A DNA stretch of 64,000 bases from an uncultured Cryomorphaceae bacterium (GCA_964487545.1 CAZARI010000004.1:42365-106364); one strand, 5' to 3'. Shown: positions 20,099-31,077, numbered from the stretch's first letter. Notes: generated by a model from the sequence alone, not told the origin. Made by a program: numbers and translations.

Positions 20099-21193
20099 TC
20101 AAAAATAATTAATTGGGTTTGTATTCACCTCTGTAAAATGGACGGCAAAGGTAGGAAAATTTTCCTGCAAATATTCCACGAGAAGATCTATGGTAAACTG
20201 CTCACTTTCATAATGCCCGATATCAGCAATTATAATCTGATCCTCGGCGTCAAAAAACTCATGGTATTTAAAATCACCGGTGATAAACACATCAGCTCCT
20301 GACTGTTTGGCAGCCGGAAGAAGAAAGCTTCCCGAGCCACCGCAAACCGCCACTTTTCGCAGCGGTTCATTAAATAATCGAGTGTGTCGTATTAATTGCG
20401 TGTTCATACTCTTTTTCAGCATGGCCAAAAAATCCTCGACATCCATCGGTTTGGGAAGTAAGCCCACCATTCCCGCCCCCACACGCTGATCGGCGTTTTC
20501 GAGTTGATATATGTCATAGGCCACCTCTTCATAGGGGTGTGCCTGGCGCATGGCTTTTACCACCTGACTTTGTTGGTGCGATCGGAAAACAACTTCAATC
20601 CTTGTTTCTTTTTCGGTGTGCCGTTCTCCTTTTCTGCCCACAAAAGGTTTGGTGTAGTCTCCTCCTTTAAATGTTCCTTCTCCAACTAGATTGAAAGCGC
20701 ATTCACTATAATTACCGATTGCTCCGGCACCGGCTGAAAAAACAGCCTGCCGAACCAATTCTGCGTGATCCATTGGGCAAAACACCACCAACTTGCGCAA
20801 ATGCCCCGATTTGGGCACAAGAATTTCCCTATTGGTTAGTTTCAAGCGATCTGCAATGCGGTTATTGACTCCCGCCTGAATATTGTCGAGATTGGTATGA
20901 ATGGCATATAGTGCAATATCATTTCGTATGGCAGAAAGCACCGTACGCTCCACATAGTTGGCACCAGTAAGCCGTTTAAGTCCTCCAAAAATAATGGGGT
21001 GATGAGAAACGATCAGGTTGCAGTTTCGACGCACTGCTTCTTCCACCACGGCTTCGGTGCAATCTAGCGACACCAGAATGCCACACACTTCTGAATCTGC
21101 GTCGCCAACCAATAATCCTGCGTTGTCGTAACTCTCCTGATAATTTTTCGGAGCCAAATTCTCAAGGTATCTAGCAACATCTTTAATCTTCAT
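20099..21193 (-). CDS. Nif3-like dinuclear metal centre protein
   Basis: I prefer the start MKIKDVARYLE at 21193. Motifs include SYDNAGLLVGD, LIVSHHPIIF and the C-terminal ADIGHYESE. Confidence 0.8.
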   Translation of the reverse strand: MKIKDVARYLENLAPKNYQESYDNAGLLVGDADSEVCGILVSLDCTEAVVEEAVRRNCNLIVSHHPIIFGGLKRLTGANYVERTVLSAIRNDIALYAIHTNLDNIQAGVNNRIADRLKLTNREILVPKSGHLRKLVVFCPMDHAELVRQAVFSAGAGAIGNYSECAFNLVGEGTFKGGDYTKPFVGRKGERHTEKETRIEVVFRSHQQSQVVKAMRQAHPYEEVAYDIYQLENADQRVGAGMVGLLPKPMDVEDFLAMLKKSMNTQLIRHTRLFNEPLRKVAVCGGSGSFLLPAAKQSGADVFITGDFKYHEFFDAEDQIIIADIGHYESEQFTIDLLVEYLQENFPTFAVHFTEVNTNPINYF

Positions 21194-21222
21194 GGCTTGT
21201 GTTATGTTCTTATTTTTAGCCC

Positions 21223-22266
21223 ATGAAATTACTGAGAATTGTTCTTCTTCCATTTTCAGCACTTTACGGGATAATTTTGAGGGTAAGGCATTTTCTCTTT
21301 GATACTGGATTGCTTACTTCTCACCACTTCACTCATCCTAAATCCATTTGTGTGGGGAACTTGAACACGGGCGGAACGGGCAAAACACCTTTTACAATAT
21401 ATTTAGCGAAACTACTCGGCGACAATGAAAACATTGCTGTGCTTTCACGTGGATATAAAAGAAAAACCAGTGGGTTTATGTTGGTCAACTCCAACAGCAC
21501 GGCCGACGATGTCGGCGACGAACCACTACTTATTTATCGGCACCTCGACCAAGCTAAAGTTGCTGTCGATGCCAATAGAAAAAGGGGAATCGAAAAATTA
21601 AGCGCGCTACCTGCTATCCACACCGTAATTCTGGACGACGCGTTTCAACACAGACGCGTGAAAGCAGGCCTGAATATTCTGCTCACCGACTACCACAACC
21701 GCTATACCAGACAATATTTGTTGCCAGCCGGAACATTGCGCGATATCCGGTATCGCGCAAAGGATGCCAACCTGATTGTGGTCACTAAATGTCCAACAGA
21801 TGTAAATGAAGACCAAATTCTGAAGGAGATTAATCCAGGGTCTCATCAAAAAGTGTTTTTTACCCGCTTCCGATACCGCAATCTCAAACCAATAAACGGC
21901 GATCAGATTTTCGAAACAGATTTTATAGAAGGCAAAGGTGTCTTGTTGGTAACCGGTATCGCACGCCCGCGATATGTTGAGGAATATCTGAAAACGAAAG
22001 CGAGAATATTAAAAACCGTTAAGTTCAGCGATCATCACGATTATAGCACGCGAGACGTTCGAAGGATAACCGAAATATTTGATAATTTTGAAGCGTCTCC
22101 CAAACTGGTTGTAACTACAGAAAAAGACAGTGTAAAACTGAATCATCCATCACTTGCGCCACTGCTTTTGAAACTACCAATTTTTGTGTTGACAATTGAA
22201 ATAGAATTTCTGAAGAATCAAGAAACCTTTGAAAGAGAAGTAAAAAGATATGTTGAAAAAAATTGA
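21223..22266 (+). CDS. lpxK: Tetraacyldisaccharide 4'-kinase
   Basis: 347 aa with P-loop VGNLNTGGTGKTP, SRGYKRK and the DDAFQHR motif. Confidence 0.85.
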   Translation: MKLLRIVLLPFSALYGIILRVRHFLFDTGLLTSHHFTHPKSICVGNLNTGGTGKTPFTIYLAKLLGDNENIAVLSRGYKRKTSGFMLVNSNSTADDVGDEPLLIYRHLDQAKVAVDANRKRGIEKLSALPAIHTVILDDAFQHRRVKAGLNILLTDYHNRYTRQYLLPAGTLRDIRYRAKDANLIVVTKCPTDVNEDQILKEINPGSHQKVFFTRFRYRNLKPINGDQIFETDFIEGKGVLLVTGIARPRYVEEYLKTKARILKTVKFSDHHDYSTRDVRRITEIFDNFEASPKLVVTTEKDSVKLNHPSLAPLLLKLPIFVLTIEIEFLKNQETFEREVKRYVEKN

Positions 22267-23062
22267 AGAAACCGCTCGTTTTCTAAAATCTAAAACCGCG
22301 GTCAGGCCTAAAGCAGGCATTATTTTAGGTACCGGTTTATCGGGTCTGGGAAAAGAAATAGTAGCGGATGTGGTTCTCAACTATGAAGACATCCCCAACT
22401 TTCCTGTTTCCACGGTAGAAGGACATCATGGACAATTAGTCATTGGCCATCTCGACAATCAGCCGGTGGTAGCCATGAAAGGTCGATTCCATTTCTACGA
22501 GGGCTATGATATGTCGGAAGTTGTTTTTCCGGTGAGGGTAATGAAGTTTCTGGGTGTCACTCACCTTTTGCTTTCCAATGCATGTGGTGGTGTTAACCCA
22601 GAACAAGAGATCGGCGACTTAATGGTGATTACCGACCACATCAACCTATTCCCAACCAATCCATTGATGGGGCCAAACATCGATGAACTAGGACCCCGAT
22701 TTCCGGATATGAGCGATGCTTACGACAAATCGCTCGTAGATATGGCCCTGTCGATTGGATCGCAGGATAACATTGAGCTAGGTCAGGGCATTTATGCCGG
22801 ACTTAGTGGACCTTGTCTGGAAACTCCGGCAGAATACCTATACGTTAGAAACATTGGCGCCGACGCGGTGGGAATGAGTACTGTTCCTGAAGTTATTGCC
22901 GCCCGCCATATGGGATTAAAATGCTTCGGAATTTCGATTATTACCGATTTGGGTGTGCCTGGAAAAATTGTGAAGGTTACCCATGAAGACGTTCAACGTG
23001 TTGCCGAAGCCGCCGAACCCAAGTTAACCAGCATTTTCCGGAAACTCGTCAACCAAATTTAA
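22250..23062 (+). CDS. Purine nucleoside phosphorylase (PNP family I, inosine/guanosine type)
   Basis: 270 aa with GRFHFYEGY, SNACGG and VGMSTVPEV motifs. Overlaps lpxK by 17 nt. Confidence 0.8.
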   Translation: MLKKIEETARFLKSKTAVRPKAGIILGTGLSGLGKEIVADVVLNYEDIPNFPVSTVEGHHGQLVIGHLDNQPVVAMKGRFHFYEGYDMSEVVFPVRVMKFLGVTHLLLSNACGGVNPEQEIGDLMVITDHINLFPTNPLMGPNIDELGPRFPDMSDAYDKSLVDMALSIGSQDNIELGQGIYAGLSGPCLETPAEYLYVRNIGADAVGMSTVPEVIAARHMGLKCFGISIITDLGVPGKIVKVTHEDVQRVAEAAEPKLTSIFRKLVNQI

Positions 23063-23069
23063 ACATTGA

Positions 23070-24524
23070 ATGGACGCGGAGATTCGCAACAAATATCAGA
23101 TGGTCATCGGGCTCGAAGTTCATGCCCAAATGAACACCCAATCAAAAGCTTATTCGGGCGATCGAAATGAATACGGATCGGCACCCAATAGCAATGTAGG
23201 GCCGATAACATTGGCCCTGCCTGGGACGCTGCCAAAACTCAATAAGGAAGTCATCATCTCGGCCATTAAGCTGGGGTTGGCCACCAACTGCAACATTACA
23301 GATCGAATGCATTTTGCGCGTAAAAACTACTTTTACGCCGACCTGCCAAAGGGATATCAAATTACGCAGGACACGACGCCGATTTGCACCAGTGGTTTGG
23401 TCAATATTGATGTGGACGGAGAAACCAAAAAGATCGGTATTACACGGATTCACATTGAAGAAGATGCGGGCAAGAGCATCCACGATCAGGATCCATTCGA
23501 TACGCTGATCGACTTGAATCGCGCTGGGGTGGCCTTGCTGGAAATCGTGTCGGAACCAGATATGCGATCTTCAGAAGAAGCTTACACCTATTTGGCTGAA
23601 ATCCGAAAACTGGTGCGCTATCTCGAAATTTGCGACGGCAATATGGAAGAGGGAAGTTTGCGCTGCGATGCCAACATTTCAGTAATGCCAAAAGGCAGCT
23701 CCACGTTTGGGAAGCGGGTTGAAGTCAAAAACATGAACTCGCTGAGAAATGTTCAGCGCGCTATTGAACATGAAGCTACACGACAAATTGCCATTATTGA
23801 AAGCGGTGGAACCATCGAACAGCAAACCCGCAACTTCGACGCGGTTTCCGGCACCACTACTTTGCTTCGAAGCAAGGAAGATGCCCACGACTACCGCTAT
23901 TTTCCAGAACCCGATCTTCAACCCATTACCGTCACGGAAAAGCAAATTGAAGAAGTTCGCAAAACCCTACCACCTCTTCCGTCCGAATTGATGGAAAAGT
24001 ATATCAACACCCTTGGACTAACAGAATACGATGCCCGGGTGCTCACCGAAAATAAGGCCATTGCACTATATTTCGAAGACCTAATTTCGCGCACCAGTCA
24101 TTATAAAAGTGCCGTCAACTGGGTGATGGTTGATGTGAAATCGTATCTGAATCAGAGCGGTATTGGCATGGAAGGCTTTCCCGTTTCGGCAATGCAACTC
24201 GCTGTGCTCATCGAAATGATTCAAGAAGGAAAGGTGAGCAACAGTGTGGCCAGCCAGAATATATTTCCAGCAATGATCGCCGAACCCCACCGCACTCCGC
24301 TCGAAATCGCCGAATCGCTGAACTTACTACAGGACAGTGATGAGAATTCCTTGAAAGACTTGGCGCAACAGGCCATTGCTAAATATCCCGATAAGGCCGC
24401 CGCTTACAAAGCCGGAAATAAAGGATTGCTCGGGCTTTTTATGGGTGAGGTAATGAAACTCTCCAATCGCACTGCCGATCCTAAAGCCGCCAGCAAAATC
24501 ATTCAATCCCTGTTAAACGAATAA
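23070..24524 (+). CDS. gatB: Asp-tRNA(Asn)/Glu-tRNA(Gln) amidotransferase subunit B
   Basis: 484 aa with VIGLEVHAQ, RKNYFYADLPKGYQITQ, HIEEDAGK and LRCDANIS motifs. Confidence 0.9.
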   Translation: MDAEIRNKYQMVIGLEVHAQMNTQSKAYSGDRNEYGSAPNSNVGPITLALPGTLPKLNKEVIISAIKLGLATNCNITDRMHFARKNYFYADLPKGYQITQDTTPICTSGLVNIDVDGETKKIGITRIHIEEDAGKSIHDQDPFDTLIDLNRAGVALLEIVSEPDMRSSEEAYTYLAEIRKLVRYLEICDGNMEEGSLRCDANISVMPKGSSTFGKRVEVKNMNSLRNVQRAIEHEATRQIAIIESGGTIEQQTRNFDAVSGTTTLLRSKEDAHDYRYFPEPDLQPITVTEKQIEEVRKTLPPLPSELMEKYINTLGLTEYDARVLTENKAIALYFEDLISRTSHYKSAVNWVMVDVKSYLNQSGIGMEGFPVSAMQLAVLIEMIQEGKVSNSVASQNIFPAMIAEPHRTPLEIAESLNLLQDSDENSLKDLAQQAIAKYPDKAAAYKAGNKGLLGLFMGEVMKLSNRTADPKAASKIIQSLLNE

Positions 24525-24539
24525 GTAAACCAATAAGCC

Positions 24540-25658
24540 ATGAGATACCTGATCATTTCAATCGCTGCATTTTTAACAGCATGCCAGTCTGGACCCGATC
24601 AACCGGAAGGAATAAACGGACAGTTGGAAAATGGAGCTGGAAAAAACATTTCGCTCAACCACATCGATAACAACAACAACGTTACACTCGAACAAACAGT
24701 GATTGACGAAAACGGAAACTTTGCATTTGGTGTTCGCCCCGGCCCGCAGGATTTTTATACGCTGGTAATCGATGATCAACAAATCGTTTTGTTTACCGAC
24801 AGCACCGAAAACATTCAAATCACCGGGGATGCAGAAAACCTTCTCAGTTCTTATGACATCTCTGGATCTACCCACTCCAAAGTTCTGCGTGATTACTACG
24901 CGGGATCTCGTCCATTTCGCGACCAGTTGGAGTCCATTCAACAGGAATTTCAAGCGGTCTCCCAAACGGGAGATGCGGTGAAGCAACAGGAGTTAATTAA
25001 TTCGTTTGAGGTGGCGCGGTCGGAATATCAAGAATATCAGATCGATTTTCTCAACAATAACAGTCATTCTCCAGTAGGCGTATCGATATTGGGGGAGTTA
25101 GATCCGGAAGAAAATCTGGAGATTTTCAAGAAAATACACCAGAATTTATCGGGAACATTTTCGCATCATGTATATTACAGCATGTTGGGCAGCCAAATTG
25201 CACAGGCTGAACAAAAAATCGCGGCAACCGTCAACCTTCAACCGGGAAAAATTGCTCCAGAAATTGAATTGACGAATCCCCAAGGAAAAGTTATTCCGCT
25301 TTCTTCTCTTCGTGGCAAAGTCGTTTTGATTGATTTTTGGGCTTCGTGGTGCATGCCTTGTCGCCGCGAGAATCCAAACGTGGTAAGAATGTACAATCAA
25401 TACGCAGGTAAAGGGTTTGAAATCTATGGGGTGTCGCTCGATCGCGATAAGGATAAATGGGTACAGGCCATTAAAGACGACGGATTAACCTGGCCTCAAG
25501 TGAGCGATTTAAAGTTTTGGAATAGTGCCGCTGCCCAGATATATAGCGTCACCAGCATACCACATACGGTACTCATCGACCGCGAAGGCAAAATTATCGT
25601 TTCAGGATTGCGTGGAAAAGCGCTCGAAGATAAAATTGCTGAAGTACTCAATACGTAA
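24540..25658 (+). CDS. TlpA-like thiol:disulfide oxidoreductase lipoprotein
   Basis: 372 aa with lipobox FLTAC and a C-terminal thioredoxin fold carrying FWASWCMPCRRENP. Confidence 0.75.
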   Translation: MRYLIISIAAFLTACQSGPDQPEGINGQLENGAGKNISLNHIDNNNNVTLEQTVIDENGNFAFGVRPGPQDFYTLVIDDQQIVLFTDSTENIQITGDAENLLSSYDISGSTHSKVLRDYYAGSRPFRDQLESIQQEFQAVSQTGDAVKQQELINSFEVARSEYQEYQIDFLNNNSHSPVGVSILGELDPEENLEIFKKIHQNLSGTFSHHVYYSMLGSQIAQAEQKIAATVNLQPGKIAPEIELTNPQGKVIPLSSLRGKVVLIDFWASWCMPCRRENPNVVRMYNQYAGKGFEIYGVSLDRDKDKWVQAIKDDGLTWPQVSDLKFWNSAAAQIYSVTSIPHTVLIDREGKIIVSGLRGKALEDKIAEVLNT

Positions 25659-25684
25659 ACGGAGTTCGAGAAGACCGATTTAAG

Positions 25685-25719
25685 GCGTAACAGTTCAAAA
25701 AACCGTTGCGCTTTTTTTT
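25685..25719 (+). terminator. Rho-independent terminator
   Basis: Stem gcgtaac / gttgcgc (one G-U pair) followed by a T8 run. Confidence 0.6.
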
Positions 25720-25817
25720 ATTCGCTGCTATCCAGTGCGGAGCTTTTGGGCAGAAAAGAAATGATTTGAAATTTTATGACGAGATTCGAAGTCGAAAACC
25801 AGTATTAAACTACGTCC

Positions 25818-26570
25818 TTGACAACCCGAACTAAAATATACTTTGCCTCTGACTTTCACCTCGGTGCTCCGGATTATGACAGCAGTCTGATTCGCGAAAA
25901 AAAAGTGGTGCATTGGTTAGACGAGATCAAAAGCGATGCGGCCGAAATCTATTTGGTAGGTGATGTCTTTGACTTTTGGTTTGAATATAAAACCGTGGTG
26001 CCACGCGGCTTTGTTCGACTACTCGGAAAAATCGCCGAGCTGACTGATGCAGGCATAAAAGTGCATTTTTTTATTGGCAACCATGATATGTGGGTGTTTG
26101 ATTACCTACCAAAAGAAACCGGAGTAGAAGTGCATCTGGAGCCCATTGAGCGCACTTATGGAGACAAGCGCTTTTACATCGGACACGGCGATGGTTTAGG
26201 CCCCGGTGACCGCGGTTATAAATTCATTAAAAAGGTTTTTAGAAACCCGTTTTGTCAGTGGCTTTTTGCACGGCTTCACCCCAATTTAGGCATTGGATTA
26301 GCTAACTTCTGGAGTAGAAAAAGTCGTCAGCACACCGGTTCATCTGACAAAAGATTTTTAGGTGAAGAAAACGAGTGGCTGGCCATCTACAGCAAAGAGT
26401 TACTGAAAACCAAGCATTTCGATTATTTTGTATTTGGTCACCGTCATTTACCCATGCAAATTCAAGTTGGCGAAAACAGCACCTATTTTAATCTGGGCGA
26501 CTGGATTGATCATTTCACTTATGCGCAATTTGATGGCACCACCTTAAGTATGCGCCATTTCCAAGATTAA
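25818..26570 (+). CDS. lpxH: UDP-2,3-diacylglucosamine diphosphatase (LpxH-type metallophosphoesterase)
   Basis: 250 aa starting at TTG. Motifs are KIYFASDFHLG, YLVGDVFDFW, GNHD and GHRH. Confidence 0.7.
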   Translation: MTTRTKIYFASDFHLGAPDYDSSLIREKKVVHWLDEIKSDAAEIYLVGDVFDFWFEYKTVVPRGFVRLLGKIAELTDAGIKVHFFIGNHDMWVFDYLPKETGVEVHLEPIERTYGDKRFYIGHGDGLGPGDRGYKFIKKVFRNPFCQWLFARLHPNLGIGLANFWSRKSRQHTGSSDKRFLGEENEWLAIYSKELLKTKHFDYFVFGHRHLPMQIQVGENSTYFNLGDWIDHFTYAQFDGTTLSMRHFQD

Positions 26571-26634
26571 GTTACCTTGTTGCCTCACGCTCCTAAACTA
26601 TTTACACACTTCTTTCATTAGAAATTATGCAAAC

Positions 26635-26670
26635 AAAAAGCCTCACCGAAATGGAGAGGCTTTTTGTTTT
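26635..26670. terminator. Bidirectional rho-independent terminator
   Basis: aaaaagcctc...gaggcttttt lies between convergent lpxH and the BNR protein gene. Confidence 0.65.
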
Positions 26671-26699
26671 AAAAACTATTGTAGTCTTTACAATCAGTC

Positions 26700-29600
26700 T
26701 TATTTGGTTACAATAAAGCGACCACTCTTCATTTCACCACCTGCTTCCAAAACCAGAATATATGTTCCGGCAGACATGCGGTTCACATCAAATCTAATCT
26801 GATGATCTCCCTTTGTCATAAGGTCGCGGTTGATAGATTCAACCATTTGTCCGTGGATGTTAAAGATGCTGATTTTTATATTTTCCTGCCTGTTCAGTTT
26901 AAAATCTACCCAGCCATAGGTGTTTACAGGGTTCGGGTAGATTGTCATGTTGGTGAACAGATCAGGGTTAGTTACGTCCGTTAGATCTTCCACACCGGTG
27001 TTTTGTTCGAAGTATGAGGTATTATTAAAAATTCCTCGCCCGTGTGTACCTGCATAGATAATTCCGGAATTGGTCACTTCCCAAGCATCGCGATATTGCT
27101 GACGAAGGTCAACCACTGGAACGCGATCCATCAACCCACCGTTTTCTTCGGCCCACGTATTTCCACCATCAACTGTCCGGAAAATTCCAACTTCGGTTCC
27201 GATAACGATATGATCTGGATTGGCTTTAGAAATCACACAAGTATATACCGGCATTCTGTTAAGAGGCTCTTCGATATTCCAGATGCTGGAAAAGCTATTG
27301 TTCGAAGTTGTACTCGCCGCGTTCATTGACCTTAGTACCTTGTCGGTAGTACCAAACTGTTGACGGGTTACCACCACCATTTCAGAAGCTGGTTCGGCGT
27401 CAGGCCCACCTGTACCTTGTGAATAGTCTACAGCGATATCACTAATCGGTGCTCCGCTATTAATCAATGTAGTGGTCTGTAAATTACCAATATCTTGGGC
27501 ATGATACACTTGATTGAAGCCTGATATCCTCAGTAATCGTCCAGATGCTGTTCCGATATACAAATGATCGCGATCTGGAGACCACTCGAGAGTGTTGATC
27601 ATATCGGTGATGTTGGAGCCCACATTCCAGTATTCCGGTTCAATGGATGTATTCAAAGCATCTCGGGTTACCCAGACTCCTTGTCCAAGTCCCAGACCGA
27701 CGGCAAATAAGGACTGCACGCGATCTATCAACAGCAATGAATCTGAGAAACCGTACAGTGTATCGAATTCGACAATCAAGTCAGTTCCGGTTTCGGTAAT
27801 ATAGGTGTAGGTGGTATCGTATGAATAAATGGCTTCATAATCAATAACCGTATCAGTTACCACACAAATGAGTGTATCCTGATAGTGAAGAATTGTATCG
27901 ATATGGATGCAAAATTCAACTCCAATGAAAATCGTACACGAATCAACATAAGTAGTATCCAGTGCGAGGCTAAAGGTGTCGCAATCCTGAAGGTAAGTGG
28001 TATCTGAAGCTACCAGTACCGAATCAATTATAACATCCATAATCGTCTCTACGGTGTCAATTACGGTAACCTCTGTAGAATCTGGAATAAGCTTTTGTTG
28101 ATAGTAGTACATGTTTTGCTCGAGCTGTGTCCAAAACTCGCGTTGATCGGCTACTGAGTTGTGTTGAACCCAATGGCCAGCGGGAATATACCCTAAAGTA
28201 ATATCGCCATTATCCCACTCTAGGTATTGTTCGTTAAACGCATCCGCCTCGATATCTACGCCCCACATGGTTCCACGGGTGGAGTATGGGTCATCCTCGG
28301 TTTCAACCAATCGAATATTCGTTGTAAAGTCGCCAGAAGATCCGATTGGAGAAATATTCTCACCGAAGGCTCCACCCAGTGAGCGCTGGACACTTCCAAA
28401 TTGGCTACTACCAAATACCAGTGTGGGGCGAATAAATGATATATCACAATCAAATCCGTCACCACCAAATTGTTCAATTCCCTGATTTGGTGACACACCC
28501 TCTTGATTCATGTAAATGGTTCCGTTATCCTGGGTTCCACCAATTGTACGGTCGTCATTAGAATGTGCAATCCCATAAAACTGGGTTGTTACAAATCCTT
28601 GGTTTACAGGGAAAAATGTTGGAGCGGAAGATGTGGCCATATCATTAGACCGGAAGAAACCGCCATCCGTGGCCGCATAGAAATTATTCTGCGAATCCCA
28701 TACAAAGAAGTGAATATCGGGGTGTACCGCGAACGGATTAGCTGTGTAGTTAGTAGAATACAAGCTTCGCTGCTCCCAGTTGGCCAAAGCCGGGGTATCT
28801 CCAGAAATGGTGTGACTGTATATAACCAGTCCACCGAGGAAGATCTGCTTAGGGTTAAGTGGATTAACGCCAATTGCACAGTCCCATTCACCTTGCCCGC
28901 CAACGCCACCAAAAGGTTGAAATGGCGTTTGTGGGTTTTGACTAACGTCTTGTGCAATACGGTGCCACGAGTTGCCTTTATCAAAAGACGCGATCACGGC
29001 CCTGAGACTGTTGTCGTTATTAACGCAAACAGCATAGAGGTAGTTAGGGTCTGACGGTGAAATAGCGAATTCGATTCTTCGGTTTCCACCCAAGCCAAGC
29101 GGGTTCATTTCTCCGTTGCCCAGTGTTGTACCATTAAAATTGCTGAATGATTCACCGCCATCGGTTGAGATATAACCCTGACTACCGATTGATGCCAGAA
29201 TAACCTGACCATCGTGAGAAATGTGAACATCTTCGCAAGCCTGAAAAGATTGTGGGATACCGCTAGGTCGTGGTTCCAGCTCATCGCTACCATGATAGTA
29301 AGCGTTCAGACCCCGGTTGTGTGCAATCCACATCTTTTCTGGATCTGTTGGGTCAACAACAACAGCATCTACAGTCAACCAATCAGAAGACGTGGTAAAT
29401 AAGGTCGGTGTAAAAACATTTTCCCAGTTCTGTCCAGATGGGTCGGTAGATCTCCACAATCCACCTCCTGGAAATCCGGCCGTTCCACCACCGCCCCATG
29501 GAAAGTATTCGTGCTGAGAACCTGTTCCGACATAAAAGATACCACTACCGGTACGGGCAATGGAAGCGATGATCATGTGCTGATAGAAATCCTCATGTTT

Positions 29601-30062
29601 ATTGAACGACTCTACGGGCTCCCAGGTATTACCGGCATTTTTTGTTTCCCAAAGACCTCCTGAAACCGCACCGCCAATGAGGTGGTTATCATCGTTGGGG
29701 TTGATCCACAATGCCCGGGTACGGCCGCCGATATTGTCAGGGCCGAGCGTGTTCCACTCCATATCATTTGCACGACTGTTTTTGGTAGCGTGTCTTTTCA
29801 AAGCCCGACGGGTGCTCAAAACATCCTCGTACTCAATTTGGCCGGTGAAATAATTTTTCTTCATTTCCCACTGAACCTCCAAGGCTCCTTGTGCTCCAAA
29901 ACCAGGCTGAGAATGTGCTTTCGCACTTCGCGGCTTATATATGGCCACGTGATCTGTGTCCCCAAATGGGTTCCACAATGAAAAGATGAGCGCAAATGCA
30001 GTGACCCCACCTGTTGTGAAAAGTAACAGTTTCTTCATTTTAATTTGATTTCTATTTCGCAA
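26700..30062 (-). CDS. BNR/Asp-box repeat (sortilin/VPS10- or GH74-like) secreted protein with T9SS type-A C-terminal domain
   Basis: 1120 aa, with an alternative start MKKLLLF at 30038. Asp-box motifs include ETKNAGNTWE, STDGGESFS, SFDKGNSWH and RTVDGGNTWA. The last ~80 aa (IYPNPVNTYGWVDF...GTYILVLEAGG...RFIVTK) match the Por-secretion-tail pattern. Confidence 0.75.
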   Translation of the reverse strand: MRNRNQIKMKKLLLFTTGGVTAFALIFSLWNPFGDTDHVAIYKPRSAKAHSQPGFGAQGALEVQWEMKKNYFTGQIEYEDVLSTRRALKRHATKNSRANDMEWNTLGPDNIGGRTRALWINPNDDNHLIGGAVSGGLWETKNAGNTWEPVESFNKHEDFYQHMIIASIARTGSGIFYVGTGSQHEYFPWGGGGTAGFPGGGLWRSTDPSGQNWENVFTPTLFTTSSDWLTVDAVVVDPTDPEKMWIAHNRGLNAYYHGSDELEPRPSGIPQSFQACEDVHISHDGQVILASIGSQGYISTDGGESFSNFNGTTLGNGEMNPLGLGGNRRIEFAISPSDPNYLYAVCVNNDNSLRAVIASFDKGNSWHRIAQDVSQNPQTPFQPFGGVGGQGEWDCAIGVNPLNPKQIFLGGLVIYSHTISGDTPALANWEQRSLYSTNYTANPFAVHPDIHFFVWDSQNNFYAATDGGFFRSNDMATSSAPTFFPVNQGFVTTQFYGIAHSNDDRTIGGTQDNGTIYMNQEGVSPNQGIEQFGGDGFDCDISFIRPTLVFGSSQFGSVQRSLGGAFGENISPIGSSGDFTTNIRLVETEDDPYSTRGTMWGVDIEADAFNEQYLEWDNGDITLGYIPAGHWVQHNSVADQREFWTQLEQNMYYYQQKLIPDSTEVTVIDTVETIMDVIIDSVLVASDTTYLQDCDTFSLALDTTYVDSCTIFIGVEFCIHIDTILHYQDTLICVVTDTVIDYEAIYSYDTTYTYITETGTDLIVEFDTLYGFSDSLLLIDRVQSLFAVGLGLGQGVWVTRDALNTSIEPEYWNVGSNITDMINTLEWSPDRDHLYIGTASGRLLRISGFNQVYHAQDIGNLQTTTLINSGAPISDIAVDYSQGTGGPDAEPASEMVVVTRQQFGTTDKVLRSMNAASTTSNNSFSSIWNIEEPLNRMPVYTCVISKANPDHIVIGTEVGIFRTVDGGNTWAEENGGLMDRVPVVDLRQQYRDAWEVTNSGIIYAGTHGRGIFNNTSYFEQNTGVEDLTDVTNPDLFTNMTIYPNPVNTYGWVDFKLNRQENIKISIFNIHGQMVESINRDLMTKGDHQIRFDVNRMSAGTYILVLEAGGEMKSGRFIVTK

Positions 30063-30207
30063 CTATTTGTTATTCAGATTATTTAAGGAGAATTCATGTG
30101 TTATCACAAACCACCTGTCTAAATCAAGCCCTGAAATTACAAATTTAAAACAGGATAGATTGTGCAGGCAGCATACAAAGTGCGTATTTTTTTCGCACTT
30201 CTTAGAT

Positions 30208-31077
30208 TCAGAAAAGGTGCTTTTCGGCATGATAGGATGATCGAACCAATGGCCCGCTTTCTACAAACCTGAATCCCAGTGCTAAACCATACGCTTTATA
30301 CTCCTCAAACCTTGCAGGAGTAACAAACTCTTTTACAGGCAAATGACTCTTTGTTGGCTGCAAGTATTGCCCCAGAGTTATGATGTCCACGCCAACGCTT
30401 CTCAGATCATCCATTGTTTCCAGAATTTCTTTATGCGTTTCTCCTAATCCTAACATGATCCCCGACTTGGTTTTCATACCTCCTTTTTTGAGTCGGAACA
30501 AAACTTCCAAACTTCGGTCGTACTTAGCCTGAATACGCACTGCACGAGTCATCCTTCGCACGGTTTCCAGATTATGAGATACGATTTCCGGCGCGACATC
30601 GATAATGCGTTGAAGATTTTCCCATTTACCAGCAAAGTCAGGTATGAGCGTTTCGAGTGTGGTGCCTGGCGATATTTCTCTTATTTTATCTACCGTTTCA
30701 GTCCAAATAACTGATCCACCATCGGTCAAATCGTCGCGATCGACGGAAGTAATCACAGCGTGTTTCACTTTCATCAGTTTAACCGACTTGGCCACACGCA
30801 GCGGTTCAAAACGATCAACAGTTTCTGGCTTGCCGGTTGCTACCGCGCAGAACCCGCATGAACGGGTGCAAATATTTCCAAGAATCATGAAAGTAGCCGT
30901 ACCAGCACCCCAGCATTCGCCCATATTGGGACAGTTTCCGCTCTCACAAATGGTATGAAGCTTATGCTCTGAAACAATTTGCCGAACTTCCTTGTATGCT
31001 TGTCCGGTTGGCAACTTAACCCGCAGCCACGATGGCTTTCTGCTCAATACTTCTTCTTCTCCTGTTACCGATGTCAT
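30208..31077 (-). CDS. lipA: Lipoyl synthase
   Basis: 289 aa with radical-SAM CTRSCGFC and N-terminal [12 protein letters not shown] clusters. Confidence 0.92.
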   Translation of the reverse strand: MTSVTGEEEVLSRKPSWLRVKLPTGQAYKEVRQIVSEHKLHTICESGNCPNMGECWGAGTATFMILGNICTRSCGFCAVATGKPETVDRFEPLRVAKSVKLMKVKHAVITSVDRDDLTDGGSVIWTETVDKIREISPGTTLETLIPDFAGKWENLQRIIDVAPEIVSHNLETVRRMTRAVRIQAKYDRSLEVLFRLKKGGMKTKSGIMLGLGETHKEILETMDDLRSVGVDIITLGQYLQPTKSHLPVKEFVTPARFEEYKAYGLALGFRFVESGPLVRSSYHAEKHLF

